NCBI RefSeq assembly: GCF_006345805.1
Contig: NC_043012.1
Span: 40,672,001-40,736,000, forward strand
Origin: Octopus sinensis
Taxonomy: Eukaryota
Direction of reading: 5' to 3'
DNA: 64,000 nucleotides
The notes beneath the pieces are model-generated. The model was not told the origin of the DNA. It saw only the letters and a list, made by a program, of their open reading frames with translations, and searched no databases. Made by a program: the position numbers and the translations under genes. Positions 27,969 through 40,873 of the stretch are shown here, one piece after another (the stretch's first letter is position 1; every line of letters begins with the position of its first letter).

Positions 27969-29759
27969 TTGTTAAACTGTAATTATGTTTGTGTCTGGCG
28001 TTGTGCTGAAACTGTTTTTCAACATTATGGAGTTGTCACTTAGTGAAGAGAACTCGCCAACTAATGCGTTGATGGATATGTCTGTGTTTGTAACAGGTGA
28101 AGAAGGAAGAATCCAAAAAGTAGCAACCCAGAAAATAAACTTTGCAGAAGCAGCCAGGAAGAAGGAAAGTGCAATTAATATTGAAATTGAGAATCTAAGT
28201 GCTACATGAACTGCGTTTTCAAAGTGTGTCACGAGACCAGACATGTTTTTTTCTTTATGGCAGATTGAAACATAAGGGAGGAATGCATACACCAGTCGAT
28301 TTCTCCCAGGACCCACAATATTTAGTGACCTGTGGAGGGCATATTCACATATTCCAGAGATAGAGGGATACAATTGTCGACAGACCGGTGAACCACAGCG
28401 TCAAGTTTGGTAACTCCATAGATAACACACATACCCAACAAATAGAAAGTACTTGGGTGTGTTTGAAACAGGCTAACAAGCAACGGTGGGGTACACACCG
28501 TTCTATGATTGACTCGTATCCTTGCAAATTCATGTGGTGGTGGTGCAGACACGAGAAAACTGACCTTTGGGAGAAATTGCTGGAAAGCACTGGAAACTTC
28601 CAAGAAAAGTGCATCAATAATTGTTTTTTGACACAAAGAGATAAACCAGTGTGTTTCCTCTGCTCAGAATATAAGGGTCTCACAGATTTTGTAAATGTTT
28701 GCACATTTTGGGTAATTTTAGCCAATCAATAACCAGACGTATTGGTGTCTGTCTCCATAGTAACAAGCCATATAGTCTCTTCAAACTAAGACAACCAAAT
28801 ATGAACCATTTCGTTGCACGTTAGTTGGATTATTCGGTTATTCTGCAAACGTTTTCTTTGGATTGCTATTGTTGTGAAAGTAAGCTGCTCTCTATTTTAT
28901 GTTGTTGATACGATCTGTTTGTTGCCTTTTGTAAAGCAAATTGTTATTAATTCCCCCCTGGAGGGGAATTATTATTGTTAAACTGTAATTATGTTTGTGT
29001 CTGGCTTTTGTGCTGAAACTGTTTTCAACATTATGGAGTTGTCACTTAGTGAAGAGAACTCGCCAACTAATGCGTTGATGGATATGCCTGTGTTTGTAAC
29101 AGTGGTGAAGAAGGAAGAATCCAAAAAGTAGCAACCAGAAGAAATTAAACTTTGCAGAAGCAGCCGGAAGAAGGAAAGTGCAATTAATATTGAAATTGAG
29201 AATCTAAGTGCTACATGAACTGCGTTTTCAAAGTGTGTCACGAGACCAGACATGTTTTTTCTTTATGGCAGATGATGAAACATAAGGGAGGAATGCATAC
29301 ACCAGTCGATTTCTCCCAGGAACCACAATATTTAGTGACCTGTGGAGGGCATATTCACATATTCAGACCGGTGAACCACAGCGTCAAGTTTGGTAACTCC
29401 ATAGATAACACACATACCCAACAAATAGAAAGTACTTGGGCCAGTGTTAAACGGGCAATAAACGAAGCTGCAAGGTCCATGGTTCACTCATATCTGAGAG
29501 TGTATGTGGTGCTTGAGATTGTAATTCGTATAAGAAAACCCTAGGGCAGGGCTTCTCAACAGAAGTGCAGGGGAAAATTTTTGTAATGAAAAGTCATTTT
29601 TCACCTCATTTCTGTTAATTTAATATGTTTTTCTTTATGGCAGATTGAAACATAAGGGAGGAGTGCATACACCAGTCGATTTCTCCCAGGACCCACAATA
29701 TTTAGTGACCTGTGGAGGGCATATTCACATATTCCAGAGATAGAGGGATACAATTTTCG
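27969..29759 (+). repeat. Merlin-transposase-derived complex tandem repeat, block 1
   Basis: Translates through frameshifts as PGxTIFSDLWRAYSHI...VNHSVKF...HTQQIESTW...RWGTHRSMIDSY..KFMW (IS1595/Merlin DDE C-terminal half); near-identical to blocks 2-6. Confidence 0.9.
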
Positions 29760-31389
29760 CAGCTGCATAGTGTTACTGTGACGTAGACAGCTATATTGTG
29801 ACGTACTTAACGTTCGTTTGAAAATTGTAAACAGTGTGGGTAACAAGTAAGCCTTTTAAGCTATAGCAAATTGTTAGATATCAAGATCTTTACTCAATAA
29901 ATGAAGCATTGTATATTTAGAATTTCAGTTTGTAACTTTCATTTACAAAATAAAATTTTGATATTTTCGCCAGACCTCTATATCTTACGAAACTTCAATA
30001 TGTTGGTAATGCACCGTTTGATATTGGTATACGATATCATTCACCCACACAACCTTCCTTCATGACATAGACAAAAAAAGCCAGGCTGAAACAGGCGGGT
30101 AAATGACATCGTCCCCTCATAACTGACACTGTATATCAAAGTTTTTATTTTGTTCTTTAAGAATTGTCTGGGAACATGACAGTTATTGGTAATTATGAAT
30201 ATATATGCAACACGAAATAACTAAACTAATGTGGATATTGTTTTATTTTCTTCGCCTGTATCCACATGTTCTTAATATTTTATACACGTGGACTCTTATG
30301 ATAAAAGGCAGATTTTCTCTGTCTGTTCCCATGTTTCTTTTTAATACAATTCTACAATATAGAATTTCTTCAATTGGGTCATGGCATGTAAAGTTTTTTC
30401 AATTTGACCCCCAATTAAGCAAAAATTCGAGAAAACTCAATATTTAACGATTTGCCTCTTTCATTTCAAGTGCTTCACTCCTTCCATTACCACCACAGTT
30501 TCTCCTACTTTCTCTTTGCAAGTGTGCAACAATTAAAGTGAAAGTATTTATATAACAGGGATGAGCCATTAATACTGGTCATCCTTTTTGCTAGAGGAAG
30601 ATCCGCTATGGTCTTATATGCTACACCACTGGTTTTCAATTCATATTAATCAAATTAATATTCAATTTTTCACCCATATTATGTGTGTGTGTATTAGCAA
30701 TTCGTATAAAATTGCATCAATGACTTGAACAAGTGGTTTCACATAAATGGGGATAAATTAAAAAGGTTTGTTTTTATTATTATTACTGATTGACTATTGT
30801 AATCACGCTTGTTGGTTCCTCGTCAGGGAAACGTTGTTGTGTTGCATTTGTTAAATAATTGTAAACCGTAACCCTCCCCCTTTCGGAGAAGGGGCTTTGG
30901 TTATTGTTTCAAAATTGAATCGTGTCCCTGTTTGGGGAAATTGACAATATTTTCACCGTCTTTACGGAAGCATTTTTGTTTAAATGCCTTCGATAGAAGA
31001 AAGTTCAAAAATGAATTTCGCTGCAGCCGTCCAATTCTATACAAGAGGGAGGACAAGATCCAATTGATCGAAATTGCAAGAGACGGGCCTACAATTCCAG
31101 TCTGTTATATATTTTAAGTATTGTTATCACTAGCGATATCAAGATATAACTTTGTATTTTATGTGTAGATGTATATATATATATAGATGTACATGTAATA
31201 TGTACACATATATATACACATATATACATGCATAATATATCTACCCATACACACACATGGGCAGGTGTGGCTGTGTGGTAACAAACTACGTTCCAAACAC
31301 ATGGTCCTGGGTTCAGTCCCACTGTGTGGCACAATCAGTGAGACATAGTTCTTCAAAGCCGCGACAGTGGTCTTCGGCGTATTAATGAG

Positions 31390-33724
31390 ACGCATCGGTC
31401 ATAATGACGCTCTGCAGTTTCCTTTTCTTTTTCCGTAAGGAGAAGACGGGTACCATTTCGGCATTCCTCACCACAAAGCAAACGAGCCCACTGCTGCAAC
31501 ATCTAAAACTGTTTCATGTATGGCTTTTTACTCATACCGCTTCATGACAAGGCATAATGATTTCAACCCCCTGCACAGATCACGGGAACTGAGTCACCAG
31601 TTTGCAGTTGACATGGCTGCAAAGATGGAGTCCGAGAGACTGTGCTTCATCAAATTGAATCAGAAGCAGCTGCGCTCAGACTCCTACATCCATTTGCGTG
31701 AAGGCATCAGGAATGACACAATATCGGCAAAATGTGCATTCTCCCCTCAACCTATACAGGGGGCCCACAGTACATGCACGAGCAAACACAAGACGTTATG
31801 ACTTACATTCGGCATTATGGGCGACCCGATTTATTCATTACCTTTACATGTAACCCAAAGTGGGTTGAGGTAACGCGAGAACTTCTCCCAGGGCAGCAGT
31901 ACTGTCATCGCCATGATATTATTGCAAGGGTTTTCAGGCAGAAACTGGCTAAGCTCATTCATTTAATAAAAAAAGGGCAGGCTTTTGGGCCTGTTAACTG
32001 CCACATGTGTGGCGGAGGGTGTTTCGTTAAAATCTCCTAAAAAAATCAGATCACTTTTCTACTACTATGGTGTGACTTGGCTAATCCCACCTCTTTATGG
32101 CTTACCTACAAAGATTATATGTCTGAAGATTTCCTGCGTCACGCTCAATCGCTACATCCATCAATGGAGGTCGGGAACACTGACCTCATTTACAACAGGG
32201 CGCTGCTTGAAATCGAAGATACTGTACTTGATATGGGCGGTAGTACCTTGCCGGTCTATGGCCTACCTTCAACAAACCGGAAGGCACAAACACTCTGTCT
32301 TCACATTTGCTGCGTGAGACATGTTTTAATGTTGACGAGCTTGCCGAGTACATAGCCGACAATGAGCCAAAGCTCCTTCCAGAACAGAAGCTTGCTTACA
32401 ACTCCGTTGTTAATTCAGTCCGGGCCAAAGCTGGGGGGATTTTTTTCCTGGACGCTCCTGGGGGCACTGGGAAAACTTTTGTCAACAAATTAATATTGGC
32501 TGAGATTAGGCGAACACAAGGCATTGCCCTAGCTGTGGCATCATCTGGAATTGCGGCTACTTTGTTGCCAGGCGGCAGGACAGCTCACTCCACTTTCAAG
32601 CTCCCGCTTGACTTAGCGAAGACTGAGACACCAACTTGCAAGATCAGTAACAGCTCCGATCAGGCAGAAGTCTTCAGACGATGCAAGCTTATTGTTTGGG
32701 ATGAATGCACGATGGCCCACAGAGGTGCTCTTGAGGCACTAGATAGATCACTCAGAGACATCACTCTTCAGCTCCCATGGGAGGCATAACACTTCTTCTT
32801 TCAGGGGACTTCCGACAAACACTTCCCATTATTCCCAAAGGGACTAGAGCTGATGCAGTAAGTGCGTGTCTTAAGTCATTCACATTGTGGCCACTGGTGA
32901 AGACTCTCAAACTTCACACCAATATGCATGCTCATATGCAATGTGATATCACATCAGCAGCATTTTCTCACACCCTCCTTGCACTTGGCGAAGGCAAAAT
33001 ACCAGGGGATGAAAATGGTAATATTGCCATCGATTCCATTTGTACCATTGTTAAAACGCCTTCTGATCTCAGAGATGCAGTGTTCCCAGATCTACAAGCT
33101 AATTATCAGAATATGGATTGGATTGGCCAAAGGGCTATTCTGGCCCCGAGGAATAAAACTTCACCATATTAATGATGAAATGCTAAAACTTATTCCTGGG
33201 GATGTCTATGTATAATAAGTCTATCGATACAACTCCTGAGCCAGAGGACGTCATCAATTATCCAATAGAGGTACTCAATTCCTTTGAGCCCCCCGGACTA
33301 CCACCACACATTCTCAAACTTAAAGCTGGTGCCCCTATAATGCTCATTAGAAATTTGGTTCCCCCAAAACAATGCAATGGCACACGTTTGATCGTTAAGT
33401 CCTTATCTCCCAATCTAATTGAGGCCACCATTATCACAGGGTGCGGTCGAGGCAACGTTGTGCTCATACCTAGGATGCATCTTTTCCCATCAGGAGCAGA
33501 CCTACCTTTCATATTTCGGAGGTCCCAGTTCCCAGTAAGGCCATGTTTCGCAATGTCAATTAACAAATCGCAGGGTCAAACACTGTCTGTGGTGGGAATA
33601 CATTTGGGAGAGCCATGTTTCTCTCATGGTCAGCTTTGTGTTGGCTGCTCGCGTGTCGGCAGCAACAGTGATGCTTTCGCATTCGTTCCACAACGAAAAA
33701 CATTGTGTACAAGGAGGTTTTATA
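31390..33724 (+). mobile_element. Helitron Rep fragment plus PIF1-like helicase (deleted, frameshifted)
   Basis: YIRHYGRPDLFITFTCNPKW (Rep motif I); FFLDAPGGTGKTF, ASSGIAATLLPGGRTAHS, VWDEC, LSGDFRQ, CNGTRL, QFPVRPCFAMSINKSQGQT, FSHGQL. Confidence 0.95.
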
Positions 33725-35000
33725 GGATTACTACGTTTCATCATTTTCGAACATGTTAGTATTTCACTTACATACGACTCTTTTATGATGGCATTTACAT
33801 TTTTAGGCATTTCATGACATTAATTCACACTTAACCAACACCTGTCCTTTGCTCACCTCTATTTCTATCCATTCATCATCAAACCACCAGCCTCATCTAT
33901 ATCCAACGTACATGACACATCTACCCCCTCACTGTTAAAGTTTACAGAAGCGACAACACGATCGCAACATACACTTTGGAAACTAAGCAACAGATCATTT
34001 TATACAACAACAAATTTAATCATAACGCCCATCAATGAAAACATCTCCACCACTGTGTTGTGATTCATCTATTCAGCACCACTACAGTCTTGCCGGTCTG
34101 ACATATGGTGAGTAGATGCTATTGTTCTATATTTTATAAATTACCCATATTTACTTATCCCTGCTTCATTCCCCTCTTGCCTACGAACGTTTTACATCGC
34201 CTTCCACGACTATCAAATTCTTACAATTATGAGAACAATAACATGGCTCTTTTCAAGGCAACCTTGCATTCAATTCTTACACCATTCTACGAGGGGGTAG
34301 GAACCCCTTTACACAGCTTTCTATACACTTACAAATACATTCATTCGCCGTAAACTTATATCAATATTTGCTACTCGTGCACATCCAAATCATTTGCTTT
34401 GTAAACAAACAGGATAATTGAGTGCACTGCACTAGCACCGTAATTATATTAACATTGGTTCATTATTCTTCTGGCATAGGCCAATGCCTGTTGCTGTAGA
34501 TTTCCAGCTCATAACTTGTACTCGTTTTATCGACCCACCTGTAACTGGCATATTTTGAACTTGATAAACATATATATATGTAAACCTGAAAACATCTCGA
34601 GTATGTTATATATTTGTAGGGAACGGACGTGAAACCCAAGGCAATCCCATAAATCGGCCTTATCTAACTTTAATATATACTGTTCTATAACTTAGAGTGG
34701 GCTTCTTTTTTCGGATTTATGTTTACGGACGATATATATATATATAAGGTGAAAGTAAAGAATACGTACACCTGGTGTTTCGGGTTAGGGATTAGGATTT
34801 TCGTTACGCTGAAAACAGGTGGTGGGATCTTTTCTAAAAGATCCATATAGGATCTTTTCGGTTGCACAATTGCAGTGCCTCCATTGACTCTTCTTGTGTA
34901 CTTTGCATTTGCATCACAAACTGTAATATCCTGCTTTCAAATGTATTACACACCTGTTGCATAATTCTTGTGTACTTTGCATTTGCATCACAAATTGTAA

Positions 35001-36613
35001 TACTTGGGCGTGTTTGAAACAGGCTAACAAGCATCGGTGGGGTACACACCGTTCTATGATTGACTCGTATCCTTGCAAATTCATGTGGCGGTGGTGCAGA
35101 CACGAGAAAACTGACCTTTGGGAGAATTTGCTGGAAAGCACTGGAAACTTCCAAGAAAACCAGTGTGTTTCCTCTGCTCAGAATATAAGGGTCTCACAGA
35201 TTTTGTAAATGTTTGCACATTTTGGGTAATTTTAGCCAATCAATAACCAGACGTATTGGTGTCTGTCTCCATAGTAACAAGCCATATAGTCTCTTCAAAC
35301 TAAGACAACCAAATATGAACCATTTCGTTGCACGTTAGTTGGATTATTCGGTTATTCTGCAAACGTTTCTTTGGATTGCTATTGTTGTGAAAGTAAGCTG
35401 CTCTATTTTATGTTGTTGATACGATCTGTTTGTTGCCTTTTGTAAAGCAAATTGTTATTAATTCCCCCCTGGAGGGGAATTATTATTGTTAAACTGTAAT
35501 TATGTTTGTGTCTGGCGTTGTGCTGAAACTGTTTTTCAACATTATGGAGTTGTCACTTAGTGAAGAAGAACTCGCCAACTAATGCGTTGATGGATATGTC
35601 TGTGTTTGTAACAGGTGAAGAAGGAAAAATCCAAAAAGTAGCAACCCAGAAATTAAACTTTGCAGAAGCAGCCGGAAGAAGGAAAGTGCATTAATATTGA
35701 AATTGAGAATCTAAGTGCTACATGACCTGCGTTTTCAAAGTGTGTCACGAGACCAGACATGTTTTTTCTTTATGGCAGATTGAAACATAAGGAGGAATGC
35801 ATACACCAGTCGATTTCTCCCAGGACCCACAATATTTAGTGACCTGTGGAGGGCATATTCACATATTCCAGACCGGTGAACCACAGCGTCAAGTTTGGTA
35901 ACTCCATAGATAACACACATACCCACAAATAGAAAGTACTTGGGCCAGTGTTAAACGGGCAATAAACGAAGCTGCAAGGTCCATGGTTCACTCATATCTG
36001 AGAGTGTATGTGGTGCTTGAGATTGTAATTCGTATAAGAAAACCCTAGGGCAGGGCTTCTCAACAGAAGTGCAGGGGAAAATTTTTGTAATGAAAAGTCA
36101 TTTTTCTCCTCATTTCTGTTAATTTAACATGTTTTTCTTTATGACAGATTGAAATATAAGGGAGGAGTGCATACACCAGTCGATTTCTCCCAGGACCCAC
36201 AATATTTAGTGACCTGTGGAGGGCATATTCACATATTCCAGAGACAGAGGGATACAATTTTCGACAGACTGGTGAACCACAGCGTCAAGTTTGGTAACTC
36301 CATTGATAACACACATACCCAACAAATAGAAAGTACTTGGGCGTGTTTGAAACAGGCTAACAAGCAACGGTGGGGTACACACCGTTCTATGATTGACTCG
36401 TATCCTTGCAAATTCATGTGGCGGTGGTGCAGACACGAGAATACTGACCTTTGGGAGAATTTGCTGGAAAGCACTGGAAACTTCCAAGAAAAGTGCATCA
36501 ATGATTGTTTTTTCACACAAAGAGATAAACCAGTGTGTTTCCTCTGCTCAGAATATAATGTAAAAAGGCCCTTCCATGGTAGGCTGTGTTAAGGGTCTCA
36601 CAGATTATGTAAA
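35001..36613 (+). repeat. Merlin-derived tandem repeat, block 2
   Basis: Starts abruptly at tacttgggcgtgtttgaaac; same sub-units as block 1; 31-nt insertion at 36559-36589. Confidence 0.9.
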
Positions 36614-36624
36614 AAACCAAAAGG

Positions 36625-38630
36625 AGAATGGGAGACACAAGAAATAGCCCAGAGAGGCACCTGGTTTTTGCTGCTCTGGTGGCAAAGTGGACCTGCCACC
36701 CCTATGGGAACCACCTTAACTGCTTAAGGATCTCGCTGCGGGTTTAACCCCTCCAAATCGTCACAATTCCTTGAAATCATTCAAAAATACAACAGCTCAT
36801 TCCAAATGACCTCTTTCGGGGCCAAAATTCCTCCTAGAGAAGGCTGGATGCCTACTTTCAAAGTGCAGAGACAGGTCTACCATCTCATTGGGTCACTTCT
36901 GCCAGACGAGATTCAGCAGTCTTCTTTCCTCCAAATCTACTTCATTGCCGACTACAACCAGCAGGTTGATGCACGCCTTGGAATAATACCGGATTACATG
37001 TTATGTTCTCCACAAAGACGTTCTTCTCCGTCTCCAAACCATGCTTCATGATATCAACAGCTACGTCTGCAGCTTCAGGTATGCCTTGGACAGTGCTCCG
37101 TCTCCAAACTTCACCATTGTCATTGATGCTGATAAACGACCCCACGGAGAGCCTGAACGCCTTTTCAACGCACCTGCGTGCAACGAAATTGCCGCAGTCA
37201 TGCACGGAGAGTAACACAACAGCCGTGACATAATCATCTCCTCCCGTGGTAACAGCCTACGTAGGATCAGCGAGACTCACAGATCTTATGACGCACTTCA
37301 GTATCCACTGCTTTTCCCTTATGGGGAAGACGGCTACCACTTCGGAATTCCTTTACGGCAGCCCTCCAATCAAACTACTGCGGCATCAAAGACGGTTCCA
37401 GCAGAGCGTTTTACTCATACCGGTTCATGGTCAGGGAGGGTCAACTTCTTGCCCCGTTGTCGTCAGCTATTCAACCAGTTCGCCGTCGACATGGCCGCCA
37501 AAATGGAATCGGAAAGGCTGCTATACATTAAACTTAATCAGACCAAACTTCACTCCAACTCCTACATTCATCTCCGTAACGGCTTGCAACAAGAAAATGA
37601 CCCTCGCAACATCGCCATGCATTCTACCCTCCACCTTCACGGGAGGACCGTGATATATGCGTGAAAGGACCCAAGACACTTAGACCTACGTGCGCATTTA
37701 CGGCTGGCCGGACCTCTTTATCACCTACACGTGCAATCCCAACTGCGACGAAATCACTCGCAAACTCCTCCCGGGTCAGTCTCACACCCATCGACACGAC
37801 ATCGTTGCTAGGGTTTTCCGTCTGAATTTGGGCAAAATGATGGATTTGATAGTTACGGGTCAGATTTTCAGGCATGTAAGGTGCCAAATGCTTACGGTCA
37901 AGTGGCAAAAGAGGGACTTGCCACATGCTCACATCTTAATTTGGCTAACTAATAAAATCAAGACTAATGACATTGACAAATTCATTTCCGCCCAGATTCC
38001 TGACCCCGATGAGGACCCCGAATTGTACGAAATTGTCCGCACTACCATAGTACACGGGCCCTGTGGATCAAATTACGCCAACACACCATGCTGCAAAAAC
38101 GGATTAGCCTGCTCAAAGGGATTCCCTAAACGGTTCACTTTGGAGACTCAAACAGGCGGCGATGGGTATCCGCTGTACAAACGAAGGAGTCCAGCCAATG
38201 GAGGCCGCACGATTACGGTTGGGTGACATCATGTGGACAACAGCTACATCGTCCCCTACTGTCCTCCTCTGTCGAAGATATTCAAAGTCCACGTCAACGT
38301 TGAGTTCTGCAGCTCCATCAGGTCAATACAATATGTCTGCAAATATATCAACAAGGGCAGCGATGCTGCCATGTTTAGCATCCAGAGGACCACCAGTCAC
38401 GATGAAGTGTCCAACTACTTGGCAGGCCGGTACCTCAGCAGCAACGAAGCGTTTTGGCACATTTACAGCTTCCCACTTCATCAGAGACACCCAGCTGTGG
38501 TGCAGCTTGCTGTACACTTGGAAAATGGACAGCGGATTTACTTCACAGAACAAACTGCTGCACAGGTAGCCACCAACCCTAAAGACACAACGTTGGCCGG
38601 TTTCTTCAAATTATGCCAACATGACTTCGC
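36625..38630 (+). mobile_element. Second Helitron, Rep (HUH) domain fragment
   Basis: CCSGGKVDLPP, FQMTSFGA, PTFKVQRQVYHLIGSL, PDLFITYTCNP, WQKRDLPHAHILIW, HGPCG, YVCKYINKGSD, LAVHLENGQR. Confidence 0.95.
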
Positions 38631-38709
38631 TAAATTCTTAGAATTCCTCAGGCTCCCTCCCTCCTGGTTGTCTCCCCCTGTCAAAGATACGGTGCACATA
38701 CAATTAACC

Positions 38710-39180
38710 TGTAGTGACGTTATACAACAGTGCGCGTGCGCAACGTCATTTTCAGTGTGTGTGTGCGGAACGTCCTTCTTCAGTGTGCGTGTGCAGGGTT
38801 GGAGCCTTCTGGAAAGGCAGAAGGGAAGTGCCCTCTCGGACATGCGCGAAGACTGAAGAAGGAATTGCTGATGTGGCATTAGCTGATAGGCGAGGGACAG
38901 CGTTCCCTTAACAAGGGCACAGAGAGACACGCATAGCAGCAGTAGCAGAACGCCTTCATACGAGATTGTGGCAGACCTATTTTCTCCGCTGTCTCTGGAC
39001 GCTAAGATTTGACCTGCTCTGTTTTGCTGCTGAACTTGTAAGATTCTTACAAGTGTTAAAGTTCAGCCTTGCCACACCAGAACCAAATGGATACCAATAT
39101 ACCACCTTACTTCTTTCTGTGAATAAGAAAATAAAGAATATATATATTTTTAAGGTTGCGTTCGTGTTCCTTGACTGGTA
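38710..39180 (+). mobile_element. Possible LTR fragment
   Basis: Begins TGTAGTGAC, contains aataaa near 39131, lies upstream of Gypsy pol; no second LTR or clear PBS seen. Confidence 0.3.
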
Positions 39181-39284
39181 GATTCTGGAAATTAAAGAAC
39201 GGAAATTGTGCTGCACCTGAGTTGCACCCCAAAAGTGTAAGAAGCAACGAGTTCGACTACACTCTCCACGCCGACCAGAGAATC

Positions 39285-40390
39285 TACCGATTCAGCTCTT
39301 AGCCCAACATTTTTTGTTTCTACATCTGGAGACGTTTTTCACTCTTTTGGCCTCTTTTCCAGAGCTACTTGATGTTACCTTTAAGTGGCAAAGCCATTAC
39401 ACTCAACACAACATTTTATTACAACTACTGGGCCGCCTATTTTTTCGCGCCCACGGCGTCTTGCACCTGACCGTCTTAAAACGGCTAGGGCTGAGTTTGA
39501 GCATATGCTCCAGCTTAGTCTGATACGCCCATCCACCAGTCCATGGGCATCACCCCTTCATTTAGTTCGAAAAGGGGATACAGATTTTTGCCCGGTGGGA
39601 GATTATCGGCGTCTAAATTCTGTGACGATTCCGGACAGATATCCAATAAGGAATCTCAATGACTTTTCAGCAAATCTTCATGGCTGTACCACTTTTTCTA
39701 AGGTTGACCTCATACGTGCTTATCATCAAATACCGGTCAACCCAGACGATGTTCCTAAAACGGCAATTACCACTCCTTTTGGCTGTTTCGAATTTTTGTA
39801 TATGAGTTTTGGTTTGCGGAACGCTACTAGTACGTTCCAACGTTTTATAGATGAAGTTGTTCGTGGACTTGATTTTGTTTTCGCGTATGTCGATGATATT
39901 CTCATCGCAAGTGATACGCATGAGAATCATCTCCTGCACTTGTCTCAGCTTTTTCAGCGTCTTCGCGACTATGGTGTTCGCATTAATCCAGACAAGTGTG
40001 TTTTTGGGCAACCATCTCTTGATTTTCTCTCGGTCATTATATTGATTCGAGTGGAATCAAACCACTCTCGTCTAAAGTCGATGCTATTCAGCGCATCGCA
40101 CCACCTTCTTCTTTGCGTCAACTTTGCCATTTTTTGGGTATAGTTAATATCTATCGACGTTTCATAAATCATTGTGCGGACAAGTTGTTTCCTTTAACGC
40201 AGATGCTAAAGGGCAATTCTAAAAAGGACGCCCGTCTTACTCTTTCAGCTGAAGCACTGTCTGCCTTTGAGTTAGTTAAAAAGAAACTAGCTTCAGTCCC
40301 TGTTTTAGCACATTCGGCTCCTGATGCTCCACTTACTTTATCTGTGGACGCATCAGATTCTGCAGTTGGCGCTGTTTTGCAGCACACCAT
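39285..40390 (+). mobile_element. Ty3/Gypsy pol fragment (RT and start of RNase H)
   Basis: SPWASPLHLV, GDYRRLN, FSKVDLIRAYHQIP, KTAITTPFG, FAYVDDIL, LSVDASDSAVGAVLQ. Confidence 0.95.
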
Positions 40391-40823
40391 AGAGAGTGAC
40401 CAGGGGAAATTAACACGTATTCTGCAGCCAAAGATAATACATGGGCACCTACTAAAAACAGGAAATGGAGTAAAAAATCTAGCTGTTGAAGATTCAAAAG
40501 AAGAAAACACAGGTAGATCACATCTAACACAATTTCCGATAAATCCATCTAATCCACCACCTTTATGCACATTAGACTCAATACCAATTTACGATTCACA
40601 AAATCAACCAGCAAAAATATCATCTATGATTACAATCACTTATACATCAGAAGTAGATTTCGAATACACATCAGGCAGTCCACAGCAAATGGGAGGGATG
40701 GCATGGGGTACAACAAACGCAACAATACAAAACTCTGCAAAAACCAACTTATGCAAATGGCCACAGGGTTTACGTAACTATGAAATAACGAGAGTTGCTC
40801 AGTCACAAATTGCACATCGTTAA
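40391..40823 (+). pseudogene. Unidentified A/C-rich ORF end fused in frame to Gypsy RNase H; possibly a parvovirus-like capsid C-terminus
   Basis: Abrupt compositional switch after GAVLQHTI; NPSNPPPLCTLDSIPIYDSQNQPAKISSMITITYTSEVDF; same composition as the NS1 starting 50 bp downstream. Confidence 0.4.
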
Positions 40824-40873
40824 CACTCATATTACAAATCAATCCTTTCCGTTTACAGAACCAGCAAGCTAAA

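Noticed and set aside
27972-28732. Recurrent small ORFs (MYPSISGICEY..., MELSLSEENS..., MAKITQNVQ...) as a protein gene family
   Set aside because: They are frames of the scaffold repeat, vary in length and frame between copies, and only the Merlin remnant has recognisable motifs
32307-33759. Host PIF1 helicase gene
   Set aside because: Intronless, frameshifted and linked to Helitron Rep motifs
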